A stretch of DNA of 61,348 nucleotides from Fonticula alba ATCC 38817. Its lineage: Eukaryota > Protista > Nucleariida. The first letter of the stretch is position 1, and each line of letters opens with the position of its first letter. The stretch is from the NCBI GenBank assembly GCA_000388065.2, contig KB932205.1; one strand, 5' to 3'. The translations under genes were made by a program, and so were the position numbers. Positions 23,053-37,000 of the stretch are shown here, one piece after another. The notes under the pieces are model-generated. The model was not told the origin of the DNA. It worked only from the letters and a program-made list of their open reading frames with translations, and did no database searches.

Positions 23053-26000
23053 GGGGCAGGGCCGCCGCGCTGGTCGGCGCAGTGGCCGGGACCACGGTCC
23101 CTGCCGATGAGGAAACCACCGACGGTGGCCCGGCCGACGAGGCGGGTGGCTGTGGGACATCCACGGGGGGCCCATCGATGGCCGCGCGTCGGGGACCAAC
23201 AGCCGGCACCGAGGGCCGGAGTAGCACCTGGGCAAAGTCTGGCGCCACAAAGTGGACCTGCCAGTGGTGCAGTCGGCCGCGAAGGGCGGGTTGCAATTCC
23301 GGCACCGCATCCCCCTCGGTGCCGGTGGTCGGCGCCAGGCTGCTGATGAGGCTGGGCTTGAAGGCATCGCCCAGGTGGGCCAGCGCCTGTGGCAAGGTCG
23401 GGCTCTGGGCCAGGACGTCCAGTGCCCCGAGGTCCACCGCCCGGTGCGGGTCGAAGGGGGGCTCCGGCACCGTCAGCAGGCAGGCCACCAGACCGAGGGC
23501 CACGGCGTCGCCGGCGGCTGCCAGGTCGGCGATGCTGGGAGGTGGGCAGGCGACAACAGGGGCGGCGCGTGGGGAGTACATAAGTGCATGCATGGGTATG
23601 TGTGTGTGAGAGAGAGATAGGGATAGAGAGAGTGAGAGAGAGTAGGAGTGAGAGAGAGAGTGAGAGTGAGAGAGTGAGAGAGAGTGGGAGTGAGAGAGTG
23701 AGAGATTGAGAGTGAGAGATTGAGAGTGAGAGATTGAGAGTGAGAGATTGAGAGTGAGAGATTGAGAGTGAGAGTGAGAATGAGGGTGAGAATGAGAGTG
23801 AGAATGAGTGTGTGTGTGTGTGTGAGAGAGAGAGAAAGCATGTGTGGGAATGAGCGGGTGAGGTGGCCGCGGCGCAAGGACCACTGCCCAGGATGACGCA
23901 CGCCTCCCGGATCAGTGTGGCCCCCATGATGTCCAGCACCTCGGCCCCGGCGCCGGCCTGCTGCAGAGTCGGCAGACCGCCGGCACTGCTGGCTCCCAGG
24001 AGCAGGGCATCGGAGCGTTGGGCATCGGCGCGTTGTGACAGGAGCCCGCTGGCCGCGGCCAGCGCCTGGCCCAGAGCCCGGTGGTTGGTGGCCATGGCGA
24101 GGCCGGCATTGCGGGCACAGCTCCGCGCCAGGGCCTCATCCAAGTGGGCATGGTGCCATAGCAGTCGAGCCCAGGCCAGTCGCGGGCCATCTTCCAGGTC
24201 CTCATGATCGTCCTGATCCTCATGCTCGTCGAGGTCATGCTCGTCCGGTGCCGAGCGAGTGGCGATGTCGGTGGCGGTGGTGGTGGTGGCGGCGGCCATG
24301 CCGCGCGCCAGTACTCGGGGCAGGGACAGCCGCCCGAAGGATGGCAGCCGCGCGCCGAAGGCCAAAGCCTTGCGGTCGACCGGACGCCGGGCGGGCGTCG
24401 CCGAAATGCCCGGCTCGGCCACCAGCGCCGGCCACCGGGCTGCCTGATCCAAGCTGGCCAGGTCCACCAGGGCCAGTGACGAGCTGGACCAGTGGGAATT
24501 CGGCCAGCCGGAAGTGGCGCTGGCCAGGGCCCCGGCCATGTCGGCCTCGGCGCCCTTCTGCAGGAAGAGCATCCCGGCCGACGGGCCGACCCCGGGGCCC
24601 GGCCCGGCTCCGGACCCCGGCGCCCCGACCGTCGTGGAGGAGGTCGATGAGGAAGCCCGCGAGGAGGAGGCCGTTGAGGCACTCGGCGAGGGAGCCCCAC
24701 TGGGACCGGTGGCCCCGGTGGAGGCATATCCCCCGGGGCCGGATGGGCCCGAGGCAAACCCAAGCCCCGGGCCGGAGAGCGTGCTCAAGGTCTTGACCCC
24801 GGCCAGGGAATTCACCAGGAAGCCGCTCATGTGCAGTGGCGGTGGCCCGGGAACGCCCGATGTGCCCGGGCCGTTGGAGCCCCGCACGCGTTCCACCCCA
24901 AAGTCCCCGGCCAGCGAGAGACTGCCCCCGCGCCCGGGGAGCCCGACACTCGGTGGCCGCGAGGCGAAGGCCCCCGATGGCAGGGTGCCCGGCGGGGGGA
25001 TGGCCACCGTGCTGGCGGCCGCCGTGGAGCCAGGCCGCGGCCGGCCGGCCGGCCCGGGCCCCAAGCCCAGAAGTGCCCCGGCCGGGTCGTACCCATGGTG
25101 CGAATACAGGTGCGCATGGTGCGTGTGATGGTGCGCATGATGGTGCGCGTGATGGTGCGAGTCGGCGAATTCCCCGGCCGGCGAATGGAAGGCCGACGCC
25201 GCTGGCGACAGGAACCCCATGGAGGAAGCCAGCCCGGAGACCACCAGCGGCCCCGGGGCCCCGGAGGGCACCTGCCCGGAGTGGGACCCGGGGCGTGTGC
25301 CGGCCGCCAGGTCCGAGCCCGTGGTGCTGCTGCCGGCGGCGGCCCCGGCGGCGGCTGGGGTGGCGGCATTCCCCGCCGGCAGGGCGCCGACATCCCCGGC
25401 ACGCGGGACCAGGCCGGCAGCCGCGGCGGCGATGGTGCTGGCCGCCGTGCTGGCCGCCGCGGCCAATGACTGGGAGGCGGCCTCCCGCGCGGCCACAAAC
25501 CGCCGCAAGCCATCCAGCGCCCGGGGCGGCTCGACCATCGGGCCGGCCACCGCGCGAGCCCGGTCGTAAACCCCCTGCAGGAAGGCCATCTGATCGGGGC
25601 CCGGGGCCGGGGGCCCAGCCAGGCCGGCCGGGCCCGGAGCCGGGGAAATGTCCGCCAGCGCGGGGATCCGGAAGAGGACCGGCGCCGCGAAGACCACCAA
25701 GCTGCCATTCGGGGCGAACACCGCGGCCGACAAGCGCGGGCACGGGATCCGATCATCGCGATTGAGGGCCGACGCACTGCCCAGGCCCACCCCCAGCCCG
25801 CCAAGCCCATGGAGGTGGGTGTTCAGCGAGCCGGACAGGCCGCCCGGCACGCCGAGGACGCTCAAGTTGCGCGCCAGCTCGGCCGTCTGCTCGGCCTGGC
25901 CGGCATTGCGCAGGGGAAAGCGCTGGCCGGCCGCCAGCGGCAGCAGCGACTCCTGGCGGAAGCGCCAAACCAGATGCTGGCCGATGGCGGTGGTGGCCGC

Positions 26001-29000
26001 GGCTTCGGCGGCCGCGGCCGCCCGGTCATCCCCGCCCGGGCCTTCGCCCAGGTGCCCGGGGGCGCCCTCCAGCGGGGCAGGCGGCGCGAAGGTGGCCAGC
26101 GAGGTGACCAGCTCCGCGCGCAAGGCCACCCACGTGTCGACCAGGGCCGCGAGAACGGCCTCGCCCGGCAGGCGTCCAAAGCGATCCGCCTCGCTGGCAT
26201 TCGGCCGGGCATAGTGACGGTTTCGTTCGAGCAACCGCGCCAGGGCCCCCTGGTCGAATTCCCGCCATGCCAGGCACAGCCGGGCCAAGTCGGCCAGCAG
26301 GGACACCAGTCGGCTGGCTGCTCGGCCGGCCGCCGCCGCCGGGTCCAGCCCCGAGCGCCAGGCCGACCGGGCCGCCTGTCGAAGGCGCTGGCCCACGGCC
26401 GCGGTCAGCCCCTCGACATCGGCCGAGCTGGCCGGCTGCTCGGACACCGCGGCCGCCAGGAACCCGGCCAACGAGTCGCCCAGGACCCCGGTCTGCCCAG
26501 GGAGAGGCGGGACCTGCTGGCCACCGGCGCCGAGCCCCCGATCCGCGGTGCTCACAGACTGGATGGCCGTGCTGCTGTCGGTCTGTTGCAGGTACCGCAG
26601 CAGCCCGGGGAAGTGATCCGGCAGCCGGAGGGCCACGGCGATGCGTGGGATTCCGGCGGCGGCGGCCGCCTGCCCGGGCGCCTGCCCCCGGGGGGGATCT
26701 CGCGCACTTGTCCGGGGCCGCAGCCGCACGCGCAGCCCCCCGGCCCCGGGTTCAATGGCAAATGTCAACAGCCGGCCACTCGGCGGCAGGGGCATGTGAA
26801 GATCGCCGGGCTGATGCCCGGGTGCTGACACGGCCAGGGGCAATGGCTTCTGGCCGGGATCCCAGGCCGACTGGTGGGTCGGGTGATTGGATGTTGCATC
26901 CGAAAAGTGCAGGGCGATCGGCTCGAGAGGCGGGCATCGCGGCGCGCCGGCGCGCCGACGCCCGGCATCGGCCAGCTGCTGGCGGGGGACAAAGCGCCGG
27001 AAGGACAAATTATCCAACGAGTCGATCGACGCCGCCAGCATGTCGTCTTTGGGTTTTGAGGGGAGGGAGGGCCGCAGGGGGGGGGGGACCGGGGGAGGCG
27101 GAGGTCGCGAGTGTGCGCGCGTGTTCGTCAGATGCCCGGGAGGCGGCCGACAAAGGCGAGGCGGTCAGTCAAGCACATTCTCGCCGGCAACGGGAGCAGA
27201 ACCCACGGGCCGGAGGGCCCGGCCAGGACGCACCATCCCCCAAGGAAAGCAGCGCCCCAAAGTGAGCCCGGCGACCGACCGACGCCAGCCACGCATCCCC
27301 CGGGGGGGCTGACCCGGCAAGCGGGTACCAGGCGGCCGGCACGCCAGTCTCCGGGGCCCAGAGACCAAGCGCATGCGACGTCAGCAGAGCCAGGCCCCCA
27401 GGCGCAGATGCACATGGCTGTGCCGCCAGCAGTTGCCCCGGCAGGGGGAGGCCCACGGCCCGGGGGTCAACCTGCACCTCGAGCCCGGAGCCCACATCCA
27501 AGTCCAGCGGGGTGCAGCGTGCCAGGAAATCCCCCGCCTCGAAGAGCGTCGTCCCGGCAGTGAGCTCTCCCATGGTCGGGCCCTCAAGCCCGAAGAGGAA
27601 GCGCACTGGGCTGCCGGCGCCGCCGGGCGGGCCGTCCCCGCCCGGGCCACCAGCCGAGGCAGCCGAGCAACGAACCGGCCTCGAGGTAAACTACGTACAA
27701 GGGGGCGGGGGGCGGGGAGGAGGAGGGAGGGCTGGTGTCAGTGAGCCCCAAGGACAGTGCTTTCCTCCTCTCCCTCTCCCGCTCGCTCCATGTGTGTCAG
27801 GTGGGAGGTGGGGAGCAAGGCAGGCAGGTGGGCAGCCGATACAGCAGGAGAGGAGCATGACACCAGCGATAAGCAGGGGAGAAGAGGCGGGAGGGGGGGG
27901 GGGGGGGAGTTGGCCACGGACCCGGATGTCCCACACGGCCACCAGGCCGTCGTCGTAGCCGACCGCCAGACCGAAAGGCCCGGCCCGGCCGGGCGGCAAC
28001 CAGGCCGCACTGGCCACCGAGGACGAGGGACACACGGGCTGGCTGGCTCGGAGTTGAAGCTCCGCCAGCGACAGGAAGTCCACCGGCGAAGCAAGTCCAC
28101 CGGCGAAGCCGGTCCTCGGGGCCCGCGGGTCCAGCAGTTCTGCAGTCCCATCGGCCAGGCCGATGGCCACCGGGAGCGTCTGCCCGGTGGTGTGGCTGAC
28201 CGTCAGGGCCGTCACGCGCGGCAGGGGCCGGCCTTCGCGAATCCCGGCCCCGGGCTCCAGCAGGAAGTCCAATGTCCGGCCGGGCCGATCGACCTCCAGC
28301 AGGGCCAGGTGATGGCTCGTGGCCAGGAGTAGCCGCCCGTCCGGGGAGGCCTCCGTGGCAAAGAAGGGCGTATGCTTGATGTCGAAGAGGGGGTCCCCGT
28401 GGCGAGGCCGTGCGCAGATCGGCAGTGTGTGCGTGCTGGTATGCAGCGCCTGGAAGTCCAGCCCCGCGCCCGAGCCATCCTCCAAGCCGACCGGGCCCAG
28501 GCTGCTGAAGGACACCTCCAAGTCGCCACGGCGGTGGTAGTATCTGGCAGGGTTTTTTTTTTTTTTTTCGTTGAGCAGGTTCGTTCCACATGTCATGGAG
28601 TTAGGCCAGGGAGGGGCGGAACAGGGCAAAGGGAGGGGAACGAGTGCGGCGAGGGGGTGCAGCCAGGAGACAGCAGCAAGGCAGGGGGGGGGGAGCAGGC
28701 GTGCTGCATGCGGCTCGCGCACCGTGAGATGCAGATGCCGCGGGCGTCCGGTGTCCCGGTCCCATCCAGCTCCGGTGCCCGGGTCAGAGAGTAGGCCAGC
28801 TGCGGCACCGCGAGAAAAGGCTCGCCCGAGGAGGGCCCCGGGGCGGCGGTCAGCGAGAAGAAGCTGCGCGGCGGCCCGAGACCGCTCCCGGTGCCATACT
28901 CGGCTCCCGTGCCGAGGGCAGGAGGATGGGCCGACGCGTGGCCATAGTACAGCCGAGCGATCGGCACGGCGGGCAGGGCGGCCGGTGCCCGGGGCGGGGG

Positions 29001-29018
29001 ATCCGCGCCATCGAGCAT
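21169..29018 (-). CDS. WDR59: WDR59/Sea3/Mtc5, GATOR2 (SEACAT) subunit: WD40 + RWD + alpha-solenoid + C-terminal RING
   Basis: N-terminal WD40 exons (LAVGYDDGLVAVWDIR|FTSRP); RWD-like IAVALRLPDHFP (~26610); solenoid motifs SCARNAGLA, LIREA|IADLAAAGDAVALGLVACLL, KARYSDILAAWHALGPRAAVL; terminal CSVCRTPVRGSLVVCLACGHGGHRAHMVRWF...CPVAGCACAC*, stop 21169-21171. Start codon and some exon edges are approximate. Confidence 0.8.
23606..23836. repeat. Intronic (GA)n/(GAGAGT)n/(GAGAGTGAGAGATT)n compound satellite in WDR59 intron 23901-23535
   Basis: Directly visible; it produces the spurious SHSLSLS translation in the 1374-aa ORF. Confidence 0.9.
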
Positions 29019-29428
29019 GCTTCCGGCCGCGGGAGGCCGAGCACAGGGAGGGGAAAGAGTGCGCAAGCGAGCCGGAGAGCGACGGGAATCGGGCGACGTC
29101 CGGAGGCCCGGAGGGGAGACGGACGCAAGCGGCGCAAGGGAGGCAGAGAGGGAGCGAGGGAGAGAGCGAGGCAGGAGAGCGAGGCCGGAGGGGGTTGGCT
29201 ACGGGCGTGTGCGTTCGATCTAGCCCCGGCCTGGGGCTGAAAAACCCGCCGCGCCGGCCAGCACCCGGAAGCGTTGGCACTTGGGACCAGGTGCAGGACG
29301 AGGTGTTTTTTTTTTTTTTTTTTTCCGTGCCGGACAAGGTTTCTGCCTTTGTATTTGTATTGCGCGGCTGCGCGTGATGGGAGGGGGGGGGGGGCACAAG
29401 AGACAGGGGGCAGGGGGCACGGGTCCTT

Positions 29429-32400
29429 CTAGCGCCCGCCGCCGGGGACATTGGACCGGCGTTGGAGGTTGTGCCGCGCCCGGCGGTTGGCGCCGCCCAG
29501 GGCCAGGGAGTCGGCAAAGATCGATGTGGCGTAGAGCGGGGCCCCGACAAGGGAAGACTGGCTCGGTGGCGGGCCAGAGCCAGGCGAGGCGGAGCGGAGC
29601 GGGCACGATGTGGCACGACGCGGCACGAGCAACAGATCGGGTCAGTGTGGGGCAAACAAGGGCAACCAGGGGGAGGGAGGGGGGAAATACGCACGCCATG
29701 CGAGAGAGCAGCCACCGGGAGGTCCAGCCCGCCCTGCGGGCGCCAGGCCAGGACATTGGCCGAGGGGCGCGGAGTGCCGCCCACTTGGCAGGACCCGCGT
29801 CCGGCGATGCGTCCCGGGACCGGGCCCCCCTGCAGGCGCCAGATCGGCTCGGTGGTGACAAGCTGGAAGTCTCGCTGGGTGGGGTTGACCGCGCGGACCA
29901 GGGCTGCAGTATGCCGGAGGGTGTGTATGCGCCGGTGAGAGGGAGGGGAGGGGTCAGTGATCTGGGCGAGAGGGCGCGCGGGTATCGATCCAGGCCAGGT
30001 CCAAGCCGGAACAAGGAGCACGGCCAGGCGCCGCGTGCGGCGGGCCACACAGAGGAGCGCACCAAGACCCAAGCACTCGCCATCCAGCGAGGGACCTTGT
30101 GCGCCACGCACGAAGAAGGGCGCATCCAGGGACCGACCGGGGGGGGCCTCGGCGGCGATGATGGTGGCCGGGCGCCCGGCCTCCAGGACCCCGCTGGCGG
30201 CCGCAGACGCCACCAAGCCCACCAGTTGGACATTCAGGGCACGCAGGAGCTCGCCACATGTGGCGGCCTCGATTCCCGGGGCGTCACTCCCGAGCCGGGC
30301 CAACAGCTCGTCGGCCGGGCCCTCCAGGGACACACATACGGCCTCCCACCCGGCGGAGCGCGGTGTCCGGAGCACCAACGGCCGGGCACAGGCATCCCGA
30401 GCGCCGGGCGCTCGCGCAAGAGGCAGGAAGCTTCGGCGTTCGGTGGCCGGCCAGCCAGCCGGGGCGCCGCTGGAGGCCAGCAGATTCCCCGCATACAGGT
30501 AGGTCATGAGGGTCATGGCCCGGTGGTCGTTCGGGCCGTGCTTCAGCATGGCTGCCTGCTCGCGCGGCGTCAGCCGGCCCCCCTGTGCCACGAGGGCCGC
30601 GTCATTGGGCGTCAGCCAGGCAATCTCCGGGGCAATGGCGCCGCCGGCGAAGCCATTCCGACCAAAGTCCGCCGGCAGGTCGCGCCGTGTCAGCCGCCCT
30701 GGCGTGCCCATGGCATATACCCGTGTGGGATTCAGCATGGCCACCAGCCCCGACAGCAGGTCCAGCCCGGTGCCGCGGACCCAGCCACAGGTGTTCACCA
30801 CCAGCGGCACGCCCAACGGGGCCAGGTGCTCGTTATAGTGCGCCACCGCGCGCGTGCATGCCGCCAGGAAGCCCTCCGGGTCGCTGTTGGGCGACAGGGC
30901 CCCGTAAAAGCAGGAGCTGGTGGGGCGTGCGGGCGCGGGAGGGGGAAGGGGGGGGGAGAGCAGAGGCCGAGAAAGGGGTTGGTTGGAGCATGGCATGTGG
31001 CGACAGAGAAACAAGGGGAGAAGAGGCAGGGGGGGGGGGAGGCGGGGGCGCCGGCGCGCGCGCGCGCGCGGGAGAACGCACAACTCTGGCTCCGTCAGGT
31101 GCGTGAAGGGCGGCCCAAGGGAGAAGGACCGCGGCACGGTCAGCGAGATGAGTCCCGGGGCCGTGTACTCCGGCTGGCCGACGTCAGTGTCCAGCACGGC
31201 CACTGGGTGGCCCCTGGATGGATGATGGGCGAGGCAAGAAGAGACAGAGGGGCAGAGTGTCAGGGAGGCAAAGGGGCAGGGAGGCAAAGGGGCAGGGAGG
31301 AGCATTCAGTGCCGACAGGCAAAAGCAAGGGGCAAAAGGAGGAGGAGAAGACAGGAGGGGACAGGCGCACAGTGAAAGCAGGCGGTTGGTCAGCCACCGG
31401 CCGAGGGTGCTCTTGCCGGTGTTCTTCGGCCCGGCAAACAGGTACACCGGCGGCAGGCCGATATGCTCGGTGATTTGCCAGGCCATCGGGGCAAAGGTCT
31501 CGAAGGGCGGCCAGGTGGCAGCGGCATCAGCGGCAGCATCGCCATCCACGCCCTGGGGCCCGGGGAAGTGTCGGAAGTCGGCAGGACCACGAGCCCGGGC
31601 CAGTTCGGTCGCGTGCGCATGCCAAATGGCATGCCGGTATTGGCACAGCTCGTCGGCCACCGTGTCCAGGGCGCTTTGCCAGTCGTCGAAGCGGGCCACC
31701 AGAAACCCGGGAGCCGGGCCACCGACGCCAGATTCGCCAGCCGACCAGTCGTTCAGACCCTCGGATGAGGGCGATCCCGAGGCCATGCTCGAGGCCCCGG
31801 GGCCCGAGGACGAGCCGCCATGCAGGAACCCCGGCGGGCTGCCGCCAGCCGAGCCGGCTACTCGGTCATCCCCCAACTCGGGGCCCATATTCTGAAGGAG
31901 GTATTCCGGGGTGAAGTTCACCCCGCCCAGCAGCAGGGAGGGGTCCACGCCCGCTGCGGGGCCAGGGCCCACTCCCCAGGACGGGCTGGCCGGGAAAGGC
32001 CCGCCCGCCGGCCAGTCGCCCGGGCTCGAGTCGCCGGGGGCTCCGGAGCCGGGGGCCGTGCCGAAGAGGTTCTGCAGGCCCTGGATGGCCTGGAGGCAGG
32101 CGAACGGGGCCACTGTGCGCGTGGGCAAACGCGTTGACAGCGGTCGGACGGAGGAAGGGTCAGCGGACACGCGGGCACGCGCAGCCAGAGCACAAAGTAG
32201 GGCTGGGCGAAAAAGAGAGGAAGAGACAGAGACAGAGACAGGGAGGGAGGGAGGGAAGGAGAGAAGGAAAAACACCTCTGCAGGTGTGACGCACGGTCAG
32301 CCACCGACAGGAGCACCAGGCTGTCCCAGGCGTCGAAGCTGCGCACTCGCTCGACGATGGCCTGCACTGTGGCCTGCACCTCGCCAGGATCCACCCCGAA

Positions 32401-33284
32401 GGCCGGGCCCATGGTTTCCAAGGAGGCGGCCAATTCCCCGGGGAAGGCATCGAGCGACTCTTGCAGGAGCTGGCGCAGGAGTCCGGTTCGGACGCGAGTC
32501 AGGCTCACCCCGGCCGGGGGAACATACCGCAGGGAGGTCGGCGCCCCGGCACCGTCGGGGCCCGAGACAAAGGACCCGGGCCCGGGGGTGGGCAGGAGCT
32601 TCAGTCGCACGGCGTCCCCCACGGTGGCCGGACAGGGGAGCGCCTGCAGCGAGGCCAGCGCATGCGACGCCGGCGAGTAGACCCCCACACCGAGGTGCGT
32701 GGCGTCCGTGGCAGCCAGTGGCGATGCCAGAGGTGGCAGGCTAGGCAGCCGCGGTCCAGCTGCATGCGTTCGATCCAGCACGGCTCCCTGACACTCGACC
32801 TGGCCGTGGATGACGCGCACGCGGGCAGCCCCGAGAAAGGAGAGAGTCTTCGTGGACCGAGGGCCAAACAGGGAGGTCGGCAGCATCAGAGTACCAACAG
32901 GGGAAGGGGGGGGGCATTTCGGTAAGTATATGTCAGATCATGCGCGTGTTGATGTGTGTGTGTGTGTGCCCGCGTGTATGTGCGAGCGAGCGAGCGAGCG
33001 GGCGATCGGGCAGGTGAATGCTTGCCGGGGTCGAGTCGTACCTCCATGGCACGCATGCCGATGATGCTGAACCGCCCGCATGGGCTGGTCCAGGAGTTGG
33101 CGGCCGTCGGCCGGAAGGGGCCCGGCACGACGGATACTGTCACCGGCAGCGGGAGATGCCGCAGGGTCTCTCGACTGGGGACGGCCGGGCTTGGGGCCGG
33201 AGGTGCCGAAGCGGCGGGCCCCAGGCGCGGGTGCTTGGTCGGCATCGGCCGGCCGGCGCTTGAGAGCGACCGCGGTCGCGTCAT
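29429..33284 (-). CDS. NOL9: Polynucleotide 5'-hydroxyl kinase NOL9/Grc3 (Clp1-like P-loop)
   Basis: TLSFLGAARVRVIHGQVEC; Walker A GPKNTGKST (~31410-31432); LDTDVGQPEYT; FYGALSP; PLVVNTCGWVRGTG; last exon APLYATSIFADSLALGGANRRARHNLQRR...* with TAG 29429-29431. Confidence 0.92.
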
Positions 33285-34055
33285 CTGCGCGTCTTCCTGA
33301 GGGCGGGTAGGGGGGAGGGAGACCAAAGGAGGGGGAAAATTCAACACACAAAGAGAACGAGAGACAGGGAGTATGGGGGGGGGGGCGCGGAGGGGGAAGA
33401 GAGGCTGTGTCGTGCGGGGCAGCGCAATCACAGGCCGAGGAGGGGAAATGGAGAGAGGGAGGGAGGCGCTGTCGGCTGCGCCAGCCGGCGGGGGCGATCT
33501 CACCCGGCGCAGGCTAAAATAGGGGCGCCCGCGCGGTGCGAGCCCGCGCCTCCAACTGCCGGCGGAGCACCTCGCCCCGCCGTGCTACCAACGCATGGCG
33601 AGCCATGGAGGAATGTTGTTTCGTCGCGGCGTCCGGGGCGACCGTGTGAATTAGCCCCATGTGCCAACGACCGCCGGCTACCGACGGAGGCGATCGGCTG
33701 CGGCGCACCAGGCCGTTGGCCGCAGGAGGAGGGGGACTGAACGCGGGGGGCTGGGGGCGGGGGCATGCGCGGCGGCGGCGGCGGTGGCAAGGGGGGCGGG
33801 CCTCACTCCACCCGGCCAGCCCGCCCCCCCCTCCCCGAGGGGCTTTTTTTTTGACAGACTTGAGTGTGCTGCCCTCGCCCTCCGCGCGCGGGGGCCGGTC
33901 ATCCTCCCTCCTTATCCCCCCCCCCCCCTCTCCCCCGAGATCACACGCACACACAAACACACACACACACACACACACACGCACTCCCTCTGCATACGCC
34001 CTCCCTCGCTCTTTCCCATCCCCTCTCCGCCCCCCTCGCTCGTTGTCCCTCCTTG

Positions 34056-37000
34056 ATGTCGTCCGACAAGCCCCGCACCAACAAGCGGCCTTCAGCCCGG
34101 GCGCCCCTTTCGCGGTCGAGCGTGCCTCTGACCGCGACGCCGGCCGGGCCGCCAGCCGGTGACCCGGCCGCACAGTCCGGCCCCCGGTTCCAGATTGCCA
34201 GCTCTTCGGGGATCACCTTCGGCGGTCAGCGAGCTGGCGGCGCGGCATCGACGGCTGGCCGCGCCCCGGCGGGGGCCCGGCCGTCGGCTACGCCAAATCA
34301 ATCCACGACCTCGGAGTCCACGCTGTCCCGTGCGTGGGCGCATCACTCCCGCTGTCCTGCCTCTCCGGGTGGTGTCTGACGCCTCTTCCATTTTGCCGGC
34401 CATCTGGCCCCCGGGGCGGTTCGATCGCACAGGCATCTCCAGCAAATGGCGCCAATCGGTGGTCGATTCGATGGTCCTCTCGGCGGTGGTGGATTTGATC
34501 GGGCCGGGGGACTTCCGGCCGCCGGCTGTCACCCCGGCCGCCGGCCCGCAGCACCATGTCGCCGACTCCACGCTCATCGCGGCTGTGCGTTCGCTGCTTG
34601 TTGTTTTTCCTTGCCCTTTGCTCCTTGCTTGTCTGATCGGCATTCGTGTCCGGCCCATTGGTCCTTGCCCGTGCTCGCACTCCTGTCTTGGGATCTGACG
34701 CGCGTTCACCTCCCCCCACCAGGCGATGCTCCTCCGCACAATGGACTATGATGCGGTGCTGCTGGAGCGGGCCGAAGTCGGCCGCTGTGGATATCCCCTC
34801 TGTGGAATGCGGATCCAGGTGCGTGGGATCGCCATGCGGCTGTCCTCCCTTTGCCATGCCTGACGGCGGCTGACCGGCCCTTGCCTCCTCCCGTTACTGG
34901 GGGGGGCCCTGCTGCCTGTTGTTTTTTCCCCCTTCGCGCCATCTGCGTCAGTCGGTGGATGCGCGGTTTTTGCTGCAAGACGGTGTGCCAAGTCGGCAAC
35001 CGGTCCCGGACCCTGCGGATGCCGAGGACCTCGACGCTGTGTCCGGCGTCAGGGGCGGGGCCCCGCCTGCCGGTCGTGTTTTCCCCTTTGAGGAGATGTT
35101 CTGCAGCATTGGCTGCCAGTCGGCGTCGGAGATTTTCTCGCGGCAGATCCCGGCCGGGCCGCCGCACGCCCGCGCCGGGCTCGACCGCTTGCCGGGGCTC
35201 ACGCCGCCCGACACCATGGCCGCCTTCGCCGACCGGGGGCTCATGTCCCGGCGGGCGGACATCGCCTGGCGTCAGCTCCAGGCGCAGGCCCGCGCCGCGG
35301 GGCCCGGCAAGATCGTGCTCCTTCCCCCGAGCGGCCTGGTGGATGGGTGCGATCTGGTGCTTTGCTCCTCTCCCTGTACCGGCTGGCGGCTGGCTGGGGG
35401 CTTTCCTTTGTTGGCGTGGCCGGCTCTCTGACGTTTCTTCCCACCTTTCTTCCCTCCATGGCCCGCTGTCCGGGCGATGGTGCTGGCCATCCTCCGGGCA
35501 ATCCATCGCCGCATGCCGCACACCTGCCAGGTCGGTGAGCGCCAAGCGGACGCTCGAGGCGTCGGTTCACGACGCCCTGGCCACTTTGGATGCGGCGGCT
35601 CGGCGGGAGGCGGCCGACTCGACCGCCCGGGCCATCCTCACGGACGCCAGCGTGGCGGACATCGAGCAGAAGGTGCCGGACCTGCTGCAGGCCGTGGAGA
35701 AGCTCGTGGTCAAGGAGCGCCGGCCGGAGGAGGTGGCGGCCGCGCGCGAGGCGAAATCCGCGCGCGCGGTTGGCGACCTGCGTGCCGCGGTCGAGGGGCT
35801 GACCCTGACCGAGGCGAAGCCGGCCGCCGGCAGTGCCGCCACCTCGGCCGGTGCGGGCGCCTCGGCCGCTGTCGCTGCGGCGGCCGCCGCCATTGCCACC
35901 CCGAGGGAGGATATGGAGTCGGCCGCCGGCGGCGGCTGGTCCGATCTCTCGGACAATGATTTCGACCAGTCGGCCTCCTCCGGGGATGATGGCGATTCCT
36001 GGGCCTCGGATAGTGACGACCCTGAGCATGAGGCCGAGGAGGAGGCGGAGGAGGCGGATGACCCGGATGGGGGCCCGGCCGGCGGGTCGGGCGCCGCGGC
36101 GGCCTCCGTCCCCAGCGGCTTCCTGTCCATTTCGCTGACAACCAACCCCAAGGCCGGTGACGTGGATCGGGACCTGCCGGCGGCGTTGGAGCGGGCCGGG
36201 CAGCCGGCCGAGCTGGCCGTGGCCCGGGCGCGCTCGCTCTTCGGCATCAACATCGCCGAGGCCAAGGAACGCGCGCGCCTGGCACGCATGGTGGAGGGCC
36301 ACTCGGCGGTGCGCAAGGTTCCCCATGGGCATGGGGCGGATTTGGCGGCCCTGGCCACCAGCGGCCCGGCTCCGCACGAGCCCATGGTCATTGATGGGGC
36401 GGCGGCGGCGGCGGCGGCGGCTGCCGGTCTCGAGCCCGGGGTCGGGGCCACGGCCGCGGCCCCGGAGCCGGACATCCGTCTGGATGGGTGGTTCCGGTTT
36501 TCCGGGGAAGCCGGCCGCGCCGGGGCCGGGGCCTCGGGCCGGCGCAGTCGGACGGCCCAAGCCTCGCCCGTGGACCGGGTGGAGACCCTGCTGCTGGGGG
36601 TGGCGACGGTGTCCAGCCGGGCGGCCCTGTCGGAGGTCCGCGGGCTGACGGCCGCCGGGCGGGCGGTCGAAAAGCGCCAGCGTGCCCCGGGGATTCCCTG
36701 CTACTCGGCGGACGAGTGTCGCCAGGGCCTGGAGCGGCTGCTGGCCGGGCAGGCCAGTGTGTCGGGTACGCATCGGCGCGGGGCGGCGGACGAGCGCCCG
36801 GCTCCGGGCAGGGTCGCCGCGGCCGCCATCGCAGCCGCGGCCGCCGTCGATACCACCGCGCTGCCGGCCCTGCGGCCCCGCGCGCACGACGGCCTGGCCC
36901 CGCGCGAGCACACGCGGCAGGCCCTGCTGGCGGATGCCCTGGTGGAGGCGGTGCGCCAGTTGCACCGGCGCCTGGATGCGCGCCTGCTTGAGCATCACCG

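Noticed and set aside
22917-27041. SHSLSL-repeat segment in the 1374-aa ORF, and similar HTHTH/SLSLS runs in other ORFs
   Set aside because: Read-through of microsatellite introns. A GTGCGT donor at 23901 and acceptor at 23535 restore the WDR59 motif LIREA|IADL.
33020-33030. Possible GC-AG intron donor (GCAAGC) in NOL9
   Set aside because: An upstream GTACGA donor at 33041 gives the correct phase-0 join (AME|TLSF), so a GC donor is unnecessary.
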